Notes: generated by a model not told the origin, from the sequence alone. Numbered from the stretch's first letter, positions 24,176 to 34,785 are shown. The stretch is DNA of 64,000 nucleotides from Caldilineaceae bacterium (GCA_014879855.1 JACSRH010000261.1:27-64026), one strand, 5' to 3'. Numbers and translations are program-made.

Positions 24176-25281
24176 CTTCTATGTGGAATGTGTTGATCAT
24201 CGGCGCCGGCGCTATCGGCTGTCTGGTCGGCGCAAAGCTGGCGCAGGCGAATCAGCGTGTGACGCTGGTGGGCCGCAGCGCCTTTGTGGAGCAGGTGCGC
24301 GCGCGCGGGCTGCAGTTGACCGACGAGCGCGGCGCCCACACGGTGCGCAACGTGCACGTCGCGGCCACCATGCTCGAAGCCTACCACCGTTCCGAGAGCG
24401 CCTTCGATCTCGCCATCTTTACAGTGAAGAGCTACGACACCGCCGCGGCCGTCGCCGAGTTGCAACAGGCGCTGGCCGATGCCGGCGCGCCGCGGCCGGC
24501 GCTGTTGAGTCTACAGAACGGCGTGGGGAACGAGGAGATGCTCGCTCAGATCTCGCCGCGCGCGCTGGTGATAGCAGGCAGCATCACCACGCCGGTGAGC
24601 GTCATCGCGCCGGGCGCCATCCGCATCGACAAGCCGCGCTATGGGCTGGGGCTGGCGCTGTGGGAAGAGCAGGCGACAGTGGATGGCCAAGAGCAGGGAA
24701 CGGGCGCGGCGAGCGCATCCCTGTTTGACGACTTGTATGAGCTGCTGGCAATGGCAGGTTTTGCGGTCAAGTCCTATCGCAGCGCCGCGTCGCTGAAGTG
24801 GACAAAGCTGCTGATGAATATGTTGGGCAACGCCACCTGCGCCATTTTGGATGAGGCGCCGGAGAGCGTCTTTGCCGACCGCCGCATGCTCGATATCGAG
24901 ATCAAAGCATGGCGCGAGGCGCTGGCGGTGATGCGCGCCGCCCATATCGCGCCGGTTGATCTGGAGCGCTACCCTTTTGGCAAGCTGGCGCCGTTGATCC
25001 GCTACGCGCCGGCAGCGCTGCTGCGTTCCGTGCTCCACAAACAGATCCGCGGTGCGCGCGGCGGCAAAATGCCGAGCCTGCATATCGATCTCCACAGCAA
25101 CAAGGGGAAGAGTGAAGTGCGCTGGCTCAACGGCGCGGTAGCGGACAAAGGGGCTATGGTGGGCGTCGCGGCCCCGGTCAACGCGCAGTTGACCGAAATC
25201 CTGCTCCAGCTTGTCGAACAGCCTGCAGAACGAAAAGGATGGAAAAACGCTCACGACCGTCTCTGGCAAGCGCTGGCTTAG
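24172..25281 (+). CDS. Ketopantoate reductase (PanE/ApbA) family oxidoreductase
   Basis: GAGAIG, SLQNG, KWTKLLMN (catalytic Lys), PSLHIDL...SEVRWLNG (Glu); GTGA overlap with glpC. Confidence 0.8.
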   Translation: MTSMWNVLIIGAGAIGCLVGAKLAQANQRVTLVGRSAFVEQVRARGLQLTDERGAHTVRNVHVAATMLEAYHRSESAFDLAIFTVKSYDTAAAVAELQQALADAGAPRPALLSLQNGVGNEEMLAQISPRALVIAGSITTPVSVIAPGAIRIDKPRYGLGLALWEEQATVDGQEQGTGAASASLFDDLYELLAMAGFAVKSYRSAASLKWTKLLMNMLGNATCAILDEAPESVFADRRMLDIEIKAWREALAVMRAAHIAPVDLERYPFGKLAPLIRYAPAALLRSVLHKQIRGARGGKMPSLHIDLHSNKGKSEVRWLNGAVADKGAMVGVAAPVNAQLTEILLQLVEQPAERKGWKNAHDRLWQALA

Positions 25282-25350
25282 AAACTGTTTGAACAGGCCT
25301 CCGCACAGTGCCCATGCCCCTACGGGGCGCAATCGGACATGAAAATGTTT

Positions 25351-25384
25351 TTGCACCTCTGCTTCTCTGCGTCTTTGCGTTAAG
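25351..25384. repeat. Right arm of a GCAGAG-family element
   Basis: cacctctgcttctctgcgtctttgcgttaa resembles the right arms at 69-105 and 21572-21607. Confidence 0.55.
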
Positions 25385-25445
25385 AAACTATTTTCAAGTC
25401 AGCTTCTTACTGATGGCTAGATAGTAAATTTATGGTAGTCTGCAA

Positions 25446-25621
25446 TCTTCGCGGAAGCTTTGGAGCTTCCGGGAAGATGTTCCGCAAAAATACTTAATTT
25501 AGCGGTCAGTAGAAGTGCAAACTTTCTGACTTTGCCGCAGGGAAACAAACACAAAGACCTGCTGATAGGAAATACTTTGCTTTTCCTCCGCGCATTCTGC
25601 CGCTCTGCGCTTCCGCGAAGA
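25446..25621. mobile_element. 176-bp element with 13-bp terminal inverted repeats
   Basis: tcttcgcggaagc (25446-25458) is the exact reverse complement of gcttccgcgaaga (25609-25621); it shares tgcttttcctc with the 21506 element. Confidence 0.55.
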
Positions 25622-25627
25622 ATTTTC

Positions 25628-26788
25628 TTAAATTACATTATATTCCTGGATCAACCGGCCTTCGGCGAAGCGGGCATAGTCGAGTGAGGCAATGTCGAGC
25701 GTATGCGCGCGGCCGTCGAGGATGATTTCGCTCATCAGCAGGCCGGCGCCGGGGCCGTGCATAAAGCCATGCCCGGAGAAACCGGCCACGATGTAATAAC
25801 CAGCCACCGCGGGCGCCGCACTGATGATCGGGTGTGCGTCCGGTGTGACTTCATAGAGGCCGGCCCAATGCGCGGCGCGGCCGGCGTGTTCGAGGAGAGG
25901 CAAGCGTTTGATAGCGGCTTCCATGTGCATCAACTCCCACGCCGGATCGACGCTTTCGTCAAAGCCAGGCGTCTCGTGCGGGTTGGATTGGCCGGTGAGC
26001 AAGCCGTCGCCTTCGCGATGAAAGTAGAGGTTCTGCGCAAAGTCGATGACAAAAGGGAAGTCTGGCGGCAGCCCAGGGAGAGCCGTGGTCGTCAACATCT
26101 GGCGGCGCAGCGGCGTAACCGGCAGCGGGACGCCCGCCAGCGTGCTGACCGGCGCGGACCACGGCCCGGCCGCGTTGACGACCATCGCACAGGCGATGGC
26201 GCCCTGGTCGGTGACTACGCCGGCGATGCGTCCGTTGCTGGTTGTAACGCCGGTGACGGTGACGCCGGTCAGCGCGCGCACGCCCAGCCGTTTGGCAGCG
26301 TTGACATAGCCCATGACGACGCTGTTCGGATCGGCCAGGCCATCCTGGTCGTGAAACGCGCCGGCGAGCACGTCGTCGGCCGCCAGCACGGGGACGCGAT
26401 GCCGCACCTCGTCGCCGTCGAGCCAGGCCGTCTGCACGCCGAGGCTGCGCTGCAACGCGACATTATGGCGGAAGACAGCCACATCGTGGGCGTTGGTCAG
26501 CAGGAAAAGATAGCCGTCGCGCCGCAAGGAGATCGGCTGTCCCAGCTCCTCCTCAAAACGGTCGAGCATGGGCAGGCTGAGCAGCGACAACTGGATATTG
26601 ATCTCGGTGGAGAATTGATAGCGGATGCCGCCAGCGCATCTGCCGGTCGCTCCCATCCCAAAGAACTCCTGCTTTTCGAGCAGCACGACATCGGTGCAGC
26701 CGCGGCGCGCCAGGTGATAGGCAGTGCTGGCGCCCATGACGCCGCCGCCGATGATGACAACTTGGGCTGTGGAGGGAAAAGTGGTCAT
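25628..26788 (-). CDS. FAD-dependent oxidoreductase, sarcosine oxidase beta/DAAO family
   Basis: IIGGGVMGASTAYHLA, GATGRCAGGIR, WAGLYEVTPD, AGFSGHGFMHGP. Confidence 0.85.
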   Translation of the reverse strand: MTTFPSTAQVVIIGGGVMGASTAYHLARRGCTDVVLLEKQEFFGMGATGRCAGGIRYQFSTEINIQLSLLSLPMLDRFEEELGQPISLRRDGYLFLLTNAHDVAVFRHNVALQRSLGVQTAWLDGDEVRHRVPVLAADDVLAGAFHDQDGLADPNSVVMGYVNAAKRLGVRALTGVTVTGVTTSNGRIAGVVTDQGAIACAMVVNAAGPWSAPVSTLAGVPLPVTPLRRQMLTTTALPGLPPDFPFVIDFAQNLYFHREGDGLLTGQSNPHETPGFDESVDPAWELMHMEAAIKRLPLLEHAGRAAHWAGLYEVTPDAHPIISAAPAVAGYYIVAGFSGHGFMHGPGAGLLMSEIILDGRAHTLDIASLDYARFAEGRLIQEYNVI

Positions 26789-26791
26789 AGT

Positions 26792-26882
26792 AATTGGAAA
26801 TTAAAAGATTAGAGATTAAGAGATTGGAGAGAGAAGGGGAGATCGCTTATTTTCAATCTCCAATTTCCAATCTCCAATCTCA
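26792..26882. repeat. GAGATT(G/A) heptamer inverted-repeat hairpin
   Basis: agattagagattaagagattggag on the left and caatctccaatttccaatctccaatctc on the right. Confidence 0.75.
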
Positions 26883-26883
26883 C

Positions 26884-27602
<719 letters not shown>

Positions 27603-27606
<4 letters not shown>

Positions 27607-28412
27607 TTCACTCCTGCTTTCTCGCGCAGCCCATAGCCCGAACCGGTGGCGGCGCCGCGGCCCAGATAGGCCTCGATCACCTGTGGGTTGCTGCGGATGG
27701 CGAGCGCGTCGCCTTCGGCGATTTTGCGACCGAAATCAAGCACCGAAATCTGGTCGGAGACATTCATCACCACGCGCATGTCATGCTCGATCAGCAAAAT
27801 GGTGAGCCTGCGTTCATCGCGCAGACGGCGGATGAGGGTCGTGGTGTCTTCGCTTTCCTTGGGATTCATGCCGGCGGTCGGCTCGTCAAGCAGCACTACG
27901 CTCGGACGGCTCGCCAGCGCGCGGGCGATCTCTAGCCGGCGCTGCTCCCCGTAAGGCAGGTTTTTGGCGACAAAATCAGCTTTTTTATCTAGCTCGACAA
28001 ACTTCAGGATCTCCATCGCGTCGTCGTTGGCGCTCTTTTCCTCACGCCTCACCTTGGGCGGCTTGAAGACGGCGCCAAACCATCCCGTATTCAGATGGCG
28101 GTGCATGCCGACCAGCACATTTTCCAACACCGTCACATTGGCGAACAGGCGGATATTCTGATAGGTGCGCGAGATGCCGCGGCTGGCTACGCGGTCAGGC
28201 GACATGCCCTGGATCTCTTCGCCCTCGAAGATGACGCTGCCTTCTTCCGGTGTGTAGAAGCCGGTAATACAGTTAAAAAAAGTAGTTTTTCCCGCCCCGT
28301 TGGGGCCGATCACCGAATGGATGGTGTTCTCGGCGACGCTGATATCCAGTGCAGTCAGCGCCTGGAGGCCGCCGAACCGTTTATTGATCCCTTTAGCAAC
28401 TAATAGTTCCAT
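27603..28412 (-). CDS. livG: Branched-chain amino acid ABC transporter ATPase LivG
   Basis: GPNGAGKTT, RTYQNIRLF, LPYGEQRRLEIARALA, LDEPTAG, VIEAYLG. Confidence 0.92.
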
Positions 28413-28422
28413 CGTTCGACTC

Positions 28423-30141
28423 CTAGGTTGGGACGGTCGCATCTTCGGCGAGACCGGTGGGATCCTCGTCGATCACATTTGGCTCCTTATCCTCGAGCAA
28501 TTCACGCTCGCGGGTGGCGTCGGGCCATAAGCCTTCTGGTCGATACAGCATCATCATGACGAGCACCGCGCCGTACACCCACCAACGAAACTCGTTAAAT
28601 TCGCGCAGCAGCTCCGGCAACCCGATCAGGGCGATGGCGCCAACGACGACGCCGGGCAGGCTGCCCATGCCGCCCACGATCAACACGGCCAGCACGTTGA
28701 TCGACACCAGCACGTTGAAGGAGGCTGGCACCATCGAGCCAAGCTTGGAGCCGAAGAAAGCGCCGCTCAGACCCGCAAGCGTGGCGCCGGTGGCAAAGGC
28801 TGCCAGCTTGTAGCCGACCAGATTGATGCTCATGGCTGCGGCCACATCTTCGTCCTCGCGGATCGCCATCCATGCCCGCCCCAGCCGCGATTTCTTGAGC
28901 CGGGACGTGACAAACCAGGCGATCAGGATCGAGATCAGGATCAGATAGTAAAATTCCTGGGGCGAATCGGCGCGCATGCCAAAGCCTTCGGGCCGGGCAA
29001 TGCCGGTGACGCCCTGCGCGCCACCCATCACCGGCTTGAGCGCATCGGAGAGCACGAGCAATCGGATGATTTCGCCAAAGCCAAGCGTGATGATCGCCAG
29101 GTAGTCGCCACGGGTCTTGAGCACCGGCACGCCTAGAAAGACGCCGGCCAGCAGCGCCATCAACACCGAGATCGGCAGCGCTGCCCAGAAGCTCAACTGC
29201 GGGATAAAGCTGCGCACCAAAGGCAGTTCCGGTGTAGTCAATACCGCCATCGTGTAAGCGCCGATGGCAAAGAAAGCCACATATCCCAGGTCGAGCAGGC
29301 CGGCAAAGCCCACCACGACGTTGAGGCCGAGCGCCATAACGATATAGAAGCCCACCAAATCGGCCACTTCGCTCAGGTAGGAGCCAAGCAGGACGGGCAA
29401 GGCAAAAAGCAGCGCCAGCAGGCCGACGGTCGCCACAAAACTCAGCACCCGGCGCCGGCTTTCCGGCATCCGGTCGACCGCGCGATTCAGCCTGGGTTGG
29501 AGGATCTGCCAGAGATACGCGATCACTAGAATGGTGATAAACAGCACAACGGCGCCTTCAACACTGAGGCCATTGGATTTGTAAACAAATCTGCCGACGT
29601 CGGTCGGTATAATCACTGAAAAGACATCCTTGAGCAGCGCGATCAGCGTCACCGCGCCAAGGCTGATCAGGGTGGAGCGGCGCAGCGTCGCCGGCAGCCA
29701 CGTGAGCAGCGCCGCGAGCAGGCCGACCACGATGCCGGCGACGACGAGGATGGTGGCGCCCATCAGGCCCTCACTGCCAACAGGCAACAGTTCGTTGACC
29801 AGTTTGGGGGTGGCGTTGACAAAGATGGCGCGCAGGTTTAGCGGCGCGATGCTGAGCGCCAGCAACGCCACGAGCAACGCAGCCACCGCGCCAGCCACCG
29901 CGCCGGCAGCCAGCGCGCCGCCCTTACCGCCGTTGCGCAGCGCACGCGTTGCGGCAAAAAGCGCCGGCGTAAAGGCCATGGCCCCGAGCAGCACTTGCGA
30001 CATCGAGACCACGCCGGCGATGATGTCCTTCTTGGCAAAGGCGTCCACCATGCCGACCAGAGAAATAAGAACTGCAGCGATGCCGCCATAAAGACCTAAC
30101 TTGGCCGCATCCACCAGGGTAAAGGGTCGTTCAGTACGCAT
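28423..30141 (-). CDS. livM: LivM-type permease with an extra N-terminal membrane domain
   Basis: GLNVVVGFAGLLDLGYVAFFAIGAY, GDYLAIITLGFGE, GRAWMAIREDE, RPEGL; about 270 extra hydrophobic N-terminal residues. Confidence 0.85.
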   Translation of the reverse strand: MRTERPFTLVDAAKLGLYGGIAAVLISLVGMVDAFAKKDIIAGVVSMSQVLLGAMAFTPALFAATRALRNGGKGGALAAGAVAGAVAALLVALLALSIAPLNLRAIFVNATPKLVNELLPVGSEGLMGATILVVAGIVVGLLAALLTWLPATLRRSTLISLGAVTLIALLKDVFSVIIPTDVGRFVYKSNGLSVEGAVVLFITILVIAYLWQILQPRLNRAVDRMPESRRRVLSFVATVGLLALLFALPVLLGSYLSEVADLVGFYIVMALGLNVVVGFAGLLDLGYVAFFAIGAYTMAVLTTPELPLVRSFIPQLSFWAALPISVLMALLAGVFLGVPVLKTRGDYLAIITLGFGEIIRLLVLSDALKPVMGGAQGVTGIARPEGFGMRADSPQEFYYLILISILIAWFVTSRLKKSRLGRAWMAIREDEDVAAAMSINLVGYKLAAFATGATLAGLSGAFFGSKLGSMVPASFNVLVSINVLAVLIVGGMGSLPGVVVGAIALIGLPELLREFNEFRWWVYGAVLVMMMLYRPEGLWPDATRERELLEDKEPNVIDEDPTGLAEDATVPT

Positions 30142-30160
30142 AAGCTTGTGCTCCTGGTCG

Positions 30161-31219
30161 CTAGGCTCGTTTTGAAAGCCGCTCGCCCAGGATACCACTT
30201 GGGCGGAAGATGAGGATCAACACGAGTACGGTAAAGGCGATGCCATCCTTCAACTGATGGGGCGATGGAATGCCGATGCCGTCGAGGAACAGACTGGGGC
30301 CGACTGATTCGATCACGCCTAGAATCAGCCCACCCAACACCGCGCCGGCCAGATTGCCAATGCCGCCCAACACGGCCGCGGTAAAGGCTTTCAGGCCAGG
30401 GACAAAGCCCATGTAAAAGGCCACTTGCCGGAAGACCAGGCCGTACATCACCCCGGCGGCGCCGGCCATGATGCCACCCAGCGCAAAGGTGATCGAGATG
30501 GTGCGATCTACGTCCACGCCCATGAGTGCAGCCGCATCCTTATCTTCCGCCACTGCGCGAATCGCACGCCCGATTTTGGTTTTGGACACGATCAGCCAGA
30601 GCAGCAGCAAGAGGATGCCTGTCGCGGCAAAAACCGCGATCTGGCTGCGTTGCATCGTGATGGGGCCTACGGCAATTGAGCCAGCCAACGCTGGCACATT
30701 AGGGAAAGCTTCCACGCCGGAGCCAAAAAAGCCGCGCGCCGTATATTGCAGAAAATAGGAGACGCCGATCGCCGTAATCAACGGCACCAACCGCGGTGCG
30801 CGACGCAGCGGGCGGTAGGCGATGCGTTCGGACAACATCGCCACCATGGCCGACACACTCATGGCTGCTGCCAGCATGATGATAATCGACAACAATGGGT
30901 TGCTTTCCAGAAATCCGCTGATGGCCAAAGCTTCGGCCACAAAAAAGGCGCCAAAGGTGCCAAACATAAAAAATTCGCCGTGAGCAAAATTGATCATGCC
31001 CAGAATGCCATACACCATCGTATAACCGAGGGCAATCAATGCATAGATTCCACCCTGAGCCAGCCCGAAAACGATGAAATTCAACCATTGCTCGGTTGTA
31101 TATTTGCCGCTGGATAAGGTGACATAGGAGCCATAGAGAATAGCTACCAAAAGTGTAGCGCCTATAAACCAAAGAATATAGTCAGTAAAATCATATTTAC
31201 GGCGCAGGTTCGAGAACAT
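30161..31219 (-). CDS. livH: LivH-type permease
   Basis: GIYALIALGYTMVYGILGMINFAHGE, GRAIRAVAED, GLKAFTAAVLGGIGN, RPSGILG; RBS caggag before ATG 31219. Confidence 0.9.
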   Translation of the reverse strand: MFSNLRRKYDFTDYILWFIGATLLVAILYGSYVTLSSGKYTTEQWLNFIVFGLAQGGIYALIALGYTMVYGILGMINFAHGEFFMFGTFGAFFVAEALAISGFLESNPLLSIIIMLAAAMSVSAMVAMLSERIAYRPLRRAPRLVPLITAIGVSYFLQYTARGFFGSGVEAFPNVPALAGSIAVGPITMQRSQIAVFAATGILLLLLWLIVSKTKIGRAIRAVAEDKDAAALMGVDVDRTISITFALGGIMAGAAGVMYGLVFRQVAFYMGFVPGLKAFTAAVLGGIGNLAGAVLGGLILGVIESVGPSLFLDGIGIPSPHQLKDGIAFTVLVLILIFRPSGILGERLSKRA

Positions 31220-31364
31220 CGGCCATCTCCTGATTTGCATCCATCCCGCCTGGACGGCGTTGACGCGATTGGCTGTATTTAATCTGCTCCAAAAATTTGG
31301 TGGCAATGTTGCGCAATGCTTTCCGCAAGAAAACAACTTTGCAGAAATTTCTGGGTAAACACTT

Positions 31365-31405
31365 AGCAGAAGGGGCGAGGAAGTCATATCCTCGCCCCTT
31401 CTGCT
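31365..31405. terminator. Perfect 17-bp stem-loop between the binding-protein and permease genes (partial terminator or mRNA stabiliser)
   Basis: agcagaaggggcgagga / loop agtcata / tcctcgccccttctgct; no strong U-tract on the - strand. Confidence 0.65.
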
Positions 31406-31439
31406 TGTTCATGGGGCTAATGAATGTCCACCGCCATGT

Positions 31440-32750
31440 TTATTTGGGGAAAACCTTTATCGGTGAGGTGACGTTCGGGTTCCAGGAGTTGACATCGGTC
31501 ACCTCGTAGACCGCGATCTTCGGGTCGGCGCAGTCTCCATTGGGGTCACAGGTGATATTGCCGGTCAGTCCCTGGAAGTCGGTCGTGGCGCCGAGGGCAT
31601 CGCGCAGCGCCTGACGGCCAATGCTCAGGTTGTCGCCGTCCTGGACGGCCACGGCCGTAATCGCGGCTGCAATCATGTTGGTGGCGTCATAGGCATGAGC
31701 ATGGAAGGCGCTCAACGGCGCGCCGCCGTACTTCTCCTCATGTTTGGTCAGGAAGCCCTGATAAGCGTCGCCAAATGCACTGAAGTCCGGGCTGCTGAGG
31801 TACATGCCCAGGGCGGCCTCACCCGCAGCGTTGACAAAGTCCTGCGAGAAGGAGCCGTCAGCCGCCATCAGCTTGGTGTTTTCCAGGCCCTGCACTTCCT
31901 TGGCCTGCGCCGTAATAAAGCCAGCTTCCGCGGTGAAAATCGGGTAGTAAATCATCTCAGGACCCGCCGCGGCGATCGTCGTCAGCACGGGGCGCATGTC
32001 GGTGTCGCCGACGTTGACCGCCTGTTCGGAGACGATCTCACCACCCAGCGCCTTGAAGGCGTCAGCGAAAGCAGCCGTCAAGCCCACTGCATAAAGTGAA
32101 CCATCATGCACGGTGGCAGCTTTGGTCAGCCCCAGGTCATTGTAGACAAAATCCGCGGCGACCGCGCCCTGCACCAAGTCATTGTGTGCGGTGCGGAAGT
32201 AGCCGGGGACGCGTTTGGCCGCGTCGGTCAGATCCGGCGCGGTGTTGGACGGCGAAACCAGGCTTAAGCCGGCCTCGCTCAAGATCGGAGCGCCGACGCG
32301 CGCTTCGCTGGAGCAGCTCGTGCCGATCACGGCGACGATGCTGGGGTCAGAGGCCAGTTTGGTGGCTGCCGCCTGTCCCCCTTCGGGGCTGCAGCCGGTG
32401 TCTTCGCCGACGATTTCGACAGGATGACCCAAGAGTTCGCCGCCCATATCATCCACCGCGATCTCGATGCCACGCACGGAATCTTCCCCAAGCGCCGAAT
32501 TTGGCCCGGCAGTAACAAGGGCGTATGCAATCTTGATCGGATCGCCTGCCGCGATCTCGATGCAGCCAAGCGGATCAGTGCAACCGGCGGCATCGGCGGC
32601 TGGCGCCTCGGCCGGGGCCGCGGCATCTTCGGCGGCTGGCGCGGTGGTGGCCTGTTCAGCCGGGGCCGCGGGTTGCGGGGCCGGCGCGCAGGCGGTGAAT
32701 GCCAGCGCGATAATCACCAGTACAGACAATAATAGCGTTCGGGTTCTCAT
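31440..32750 (-). CDS. Liv-type ABC substrate-binding lipoprotein (copy 1)
   Basis: Lipobox LAFTAC, Ala/Pro linker, GTSCSS, SPSNTAPDLT, FRTAHND, AHAYDA. Confidence 0.88.
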   Translation of the reverse strand: MRTRTLLLSVLVIIALAFTACAPAPQPAAPAEQATTAPAAEDAAAPAEAPAADAAGCTDPLGCIEIAAGDPIKIAYALVTAGPNSALGEDSVRGIEIAVDDMGGELLGHPVEIVGEDTGCSPEGGQAAATKLASDPSIVAVIGTSCSSEARVGAPILSEAGLSLVSPSNTAPDLTDAAKRVPGYFRTAHNDLVQGAVAADFVYNDLGLTKAATVHDGSLYAVGLTAAFADAFKALGGEIVSEQAVNVGDTDMRPVLTTIAAAGPEMIYYPIFTAEAGFITAQAKEVQGLENTKLMAADGSFSQDFVNAAGEAALGMYLSSPDFSAFGDAYQGFLTKHEEKYGGAPLSAFHAHAYDATNMIAAAITAVAVQDGDNLSIGRQALRDALGATTDFQGLTGNITCDPNGDCADPKIAVYEVTDVNSWNPNVTSPIKVFPK

Positions 32751-33016
32751 GGGGCAGCTTTCTCCTTTTTGAGTAGACATACGCAAACACACGCAGTAAG
32801 GGTGAAACGATCTAACTTGGAACAGCACTCCAGCGATCCAAAGGGTGAGACAAAGAGGTCTGCAACATCTCTGGATTGTTGGACTATCTGTTGACCACTA
32901 ATTTGGTGAATATCCAGACTATGGATGCGGTAAAGTTAAGTAATATGCCAATTTCTGGAACAGTCCACAACGGGGAAGGGCATCACCGGTGATTGACTCG
33001 GTTGTAGACAGGGGGG

Positions 33017-33045
33017 ATTATAGGCGACACCAATTACTTTGTCAA
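33017..33045 (-). promoter_or_regulatory. Perfect-consensus sigma70-type promoter for binding protein 1 and the liv operon
   Basis: On the - strand: TTGACA (33045-33040), 17-bp spacer, TATAAT (33022-33017). Confidence 0.85.
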
Positions 33046-33261
33046 CACAGCGAAAAGTTAGCGGTTTTTTCGAGTCAGGTGCAACCAAATCACGCCAGAT
33101 CGCTACAAAAGCACTGCTGCTCTATCCCGCCCATTTCGTATGATGAGGCAGGATAGAGCAGCAGTGCTTGTCGCGATAGTGCTCATTTACGGCCGGCGTA
33201 AAGGTGCGCCGAGAGATAACGCACCGCACGTCGCGCGGTTATTTGACAGCGCCCGCTTGAT

Positions 33262-34566
33262 TTACGGATACACCTTGAGCGGCGAGGTGACGTTGGGATT
33301 CCACTCGTTCGTATCGACGATTTCGTAGACGGCGATCTTGGGATCAGCGCAGTCACCGTTCGGATCACAGGTCAAATTGCCGGTCAGCCCCTGGAAATCC
33401 GTGGTGGCAGCCAGCACATCGCGCAGCGCCTGGCGCCCGATCAACAGGGTGTCGCCATCTTGCACAGCCACCTGCTTGATGGCATCAATAAAGAGCATCG
33501 TCGCATCGTAGGCGTGGGCGTGGTAGGTGCTCAGCGGCGGCTCGCCATAGGCATCCTGGTATTTCTGCAGGAAGTCCTGGTAGGCGTCGCCAAACGCGCT
33601 GAAGTCCGGGCTGCTCAGATACATGCCCTTGGCGGCTTCACCGGCCGCGTTGACAAAGTCCGGCGAGAAAAGACCGTCGGCGCCCATCAGCACCACATTC
33701 TCCAGCCCCGGCACTTCCCTGGCCTGAGCGGTGACAAAGCCGCCTTCGGCAATGAAGATTGGGTAGTAGATGGCCTCAGGCGCGGCCGCGGCAATCGTCG
33801 TCAGCACGGGGCGCATATCGGTGTCGCCGATATTGACAGCCTGTTCGGAGACGATCTCGCCGCCCAACGCCTTGTAGTTCTCGGCGAAGGCGTTGACCAG
33901 CCCCTGCGCATAGACCGAACCATCATGGATCGTCGCGGCCTTGGTCAGACCCAGCTCGTTGAAGACAAACTCGGCGGCCACGCGACCCTGCACCTTGTCA
34001 TTGTGCGCGGTGCGGAAGTAGCCGGCGACGCGCTTGGCTGGGTCTGTCAGATCGGGCGCGGTGTTGGAAGGCGAAATGATGCTAGCGCCAGCATCGCTCA
34101 GGATCGGCGCACCGACGCGCGCTTCGCTCGAACAAGTCGTCCCCACCACCGCAAACACATCCTTGTTGGAGGCGAGTTTGGCCGCCGCGGCCTGGCCGCC
34201 TTCCGGGGTGCAGCCCGTGTCTTCCCCGATGATTTCGATCGGGTGGCCGAGCAGTTCGCCGCCCGCGTCGCTCACGGCGATTTCCATGCCGCGCTGGGAG
34301 TCGATGCCCAGAGAACCGTTCGGGCCGGAAGTCACCATGGCGTAGGCGATCTTGATCGAATCGCCGGGCAGCACTTCGACGCAGCCCAATGCGTCGGTGC
34401 AGGCGCCGGTGGCCGGTGCAGCCTCGCCGGCAGGTTCAGCGGCTGTCTCCCCGGCGGCTGCCTCCCCGGCAGTCGTCGGCGCGGCAGGGGCGGCCGTCTG
34501 GGTGCAAGCCGCCAGCATCAAGGCCGCGATGACAAACATCACAATCCACGAAATACGAAAACGCAT
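33262..34566 (-). CDS. Liv-type ABC substrate-binding lipoprotein (copy 2, close paralog)
   Basis: Lipobox LMLAAC, GTTCSS, SPSNTAPDLT, FRTAHND; same C-terminus WNPNVTSP. Confidence 0.88.
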   Translation of the reverse strand: MRFRISWIVMFVIAALMLAACTQTAAPAAPTTAGEAAAGETAAEPAGEAAPATGACTDALGCVEVLPGDSIKIAYAMVTSGPNGSLGIDSQRGMEIAVSDAGGELLGHPIEIIGEDTGCTPEGGQAAAAKLASNKDVFAVVGTTCSSEARVGAPILSDAGASIISPSNTAPDLTDPAKRVAGYFRTAHNDKVQGRVAAEFVFNELGLTKAATIHDGSVYAQGLVNAFAENYKALGGEIVSEQAVNIGDTDMRPVLTTIAAAAPEAIYYPIFIAEGGFVTAQAREVPGLENVVLMGADGLFSPDFVNAAGEAAKGMYLSSPDFSAFGDAYQDFLQKYQDAYGEPPLSTYHAHAYDATMLFIDAIKQVAVQDGDTLLIGRQALRDVLAATTDFQGLTGNLTCDPNGDCADPKIAVYEIVDTNEWNPNVTSPLKVYP

Positions 34567-34785
34567 AGGACAAAACTCCTTTGTGTGCAATTTCAGCAAT
34601 TCACGTCATCTGCACAAAAACGCCAAGCACGCCCAGAATGGTCTCCGGTTTTGTGACTTGACGTATTTCTGAAAGAAAATCGTGAACCGCTGATGGTGAA
34701 AATATAAAATACGGCACGAACTATAGCACACGTACAGTAAAGTGCTGAATTTTGAGAGTGGTTTGCTTCTCATCTTTGCATTGCT

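Noticed and set aside
25310-25330. gcccctac REP-like motif as a stand-alone REP/RAYT system
   Set aside because: Only one partial copy noticed and no RAYT transposase in the window; mentioned only as part of the element pile-up.
26794-26882. Peptides such as EIKRLEIKRLE and ISNLQSLISNLQS in the ORF track (also 36783-36862)
   Set aside because: Translations of non-coding heptamer repeats, not real protein sequence.
28422-28433. gttcgactcc, resembling a tRNA T-loop
   Set aside because: No cloverleaf around it; it is the reverse complement of the livG RBS region and the livM stop.
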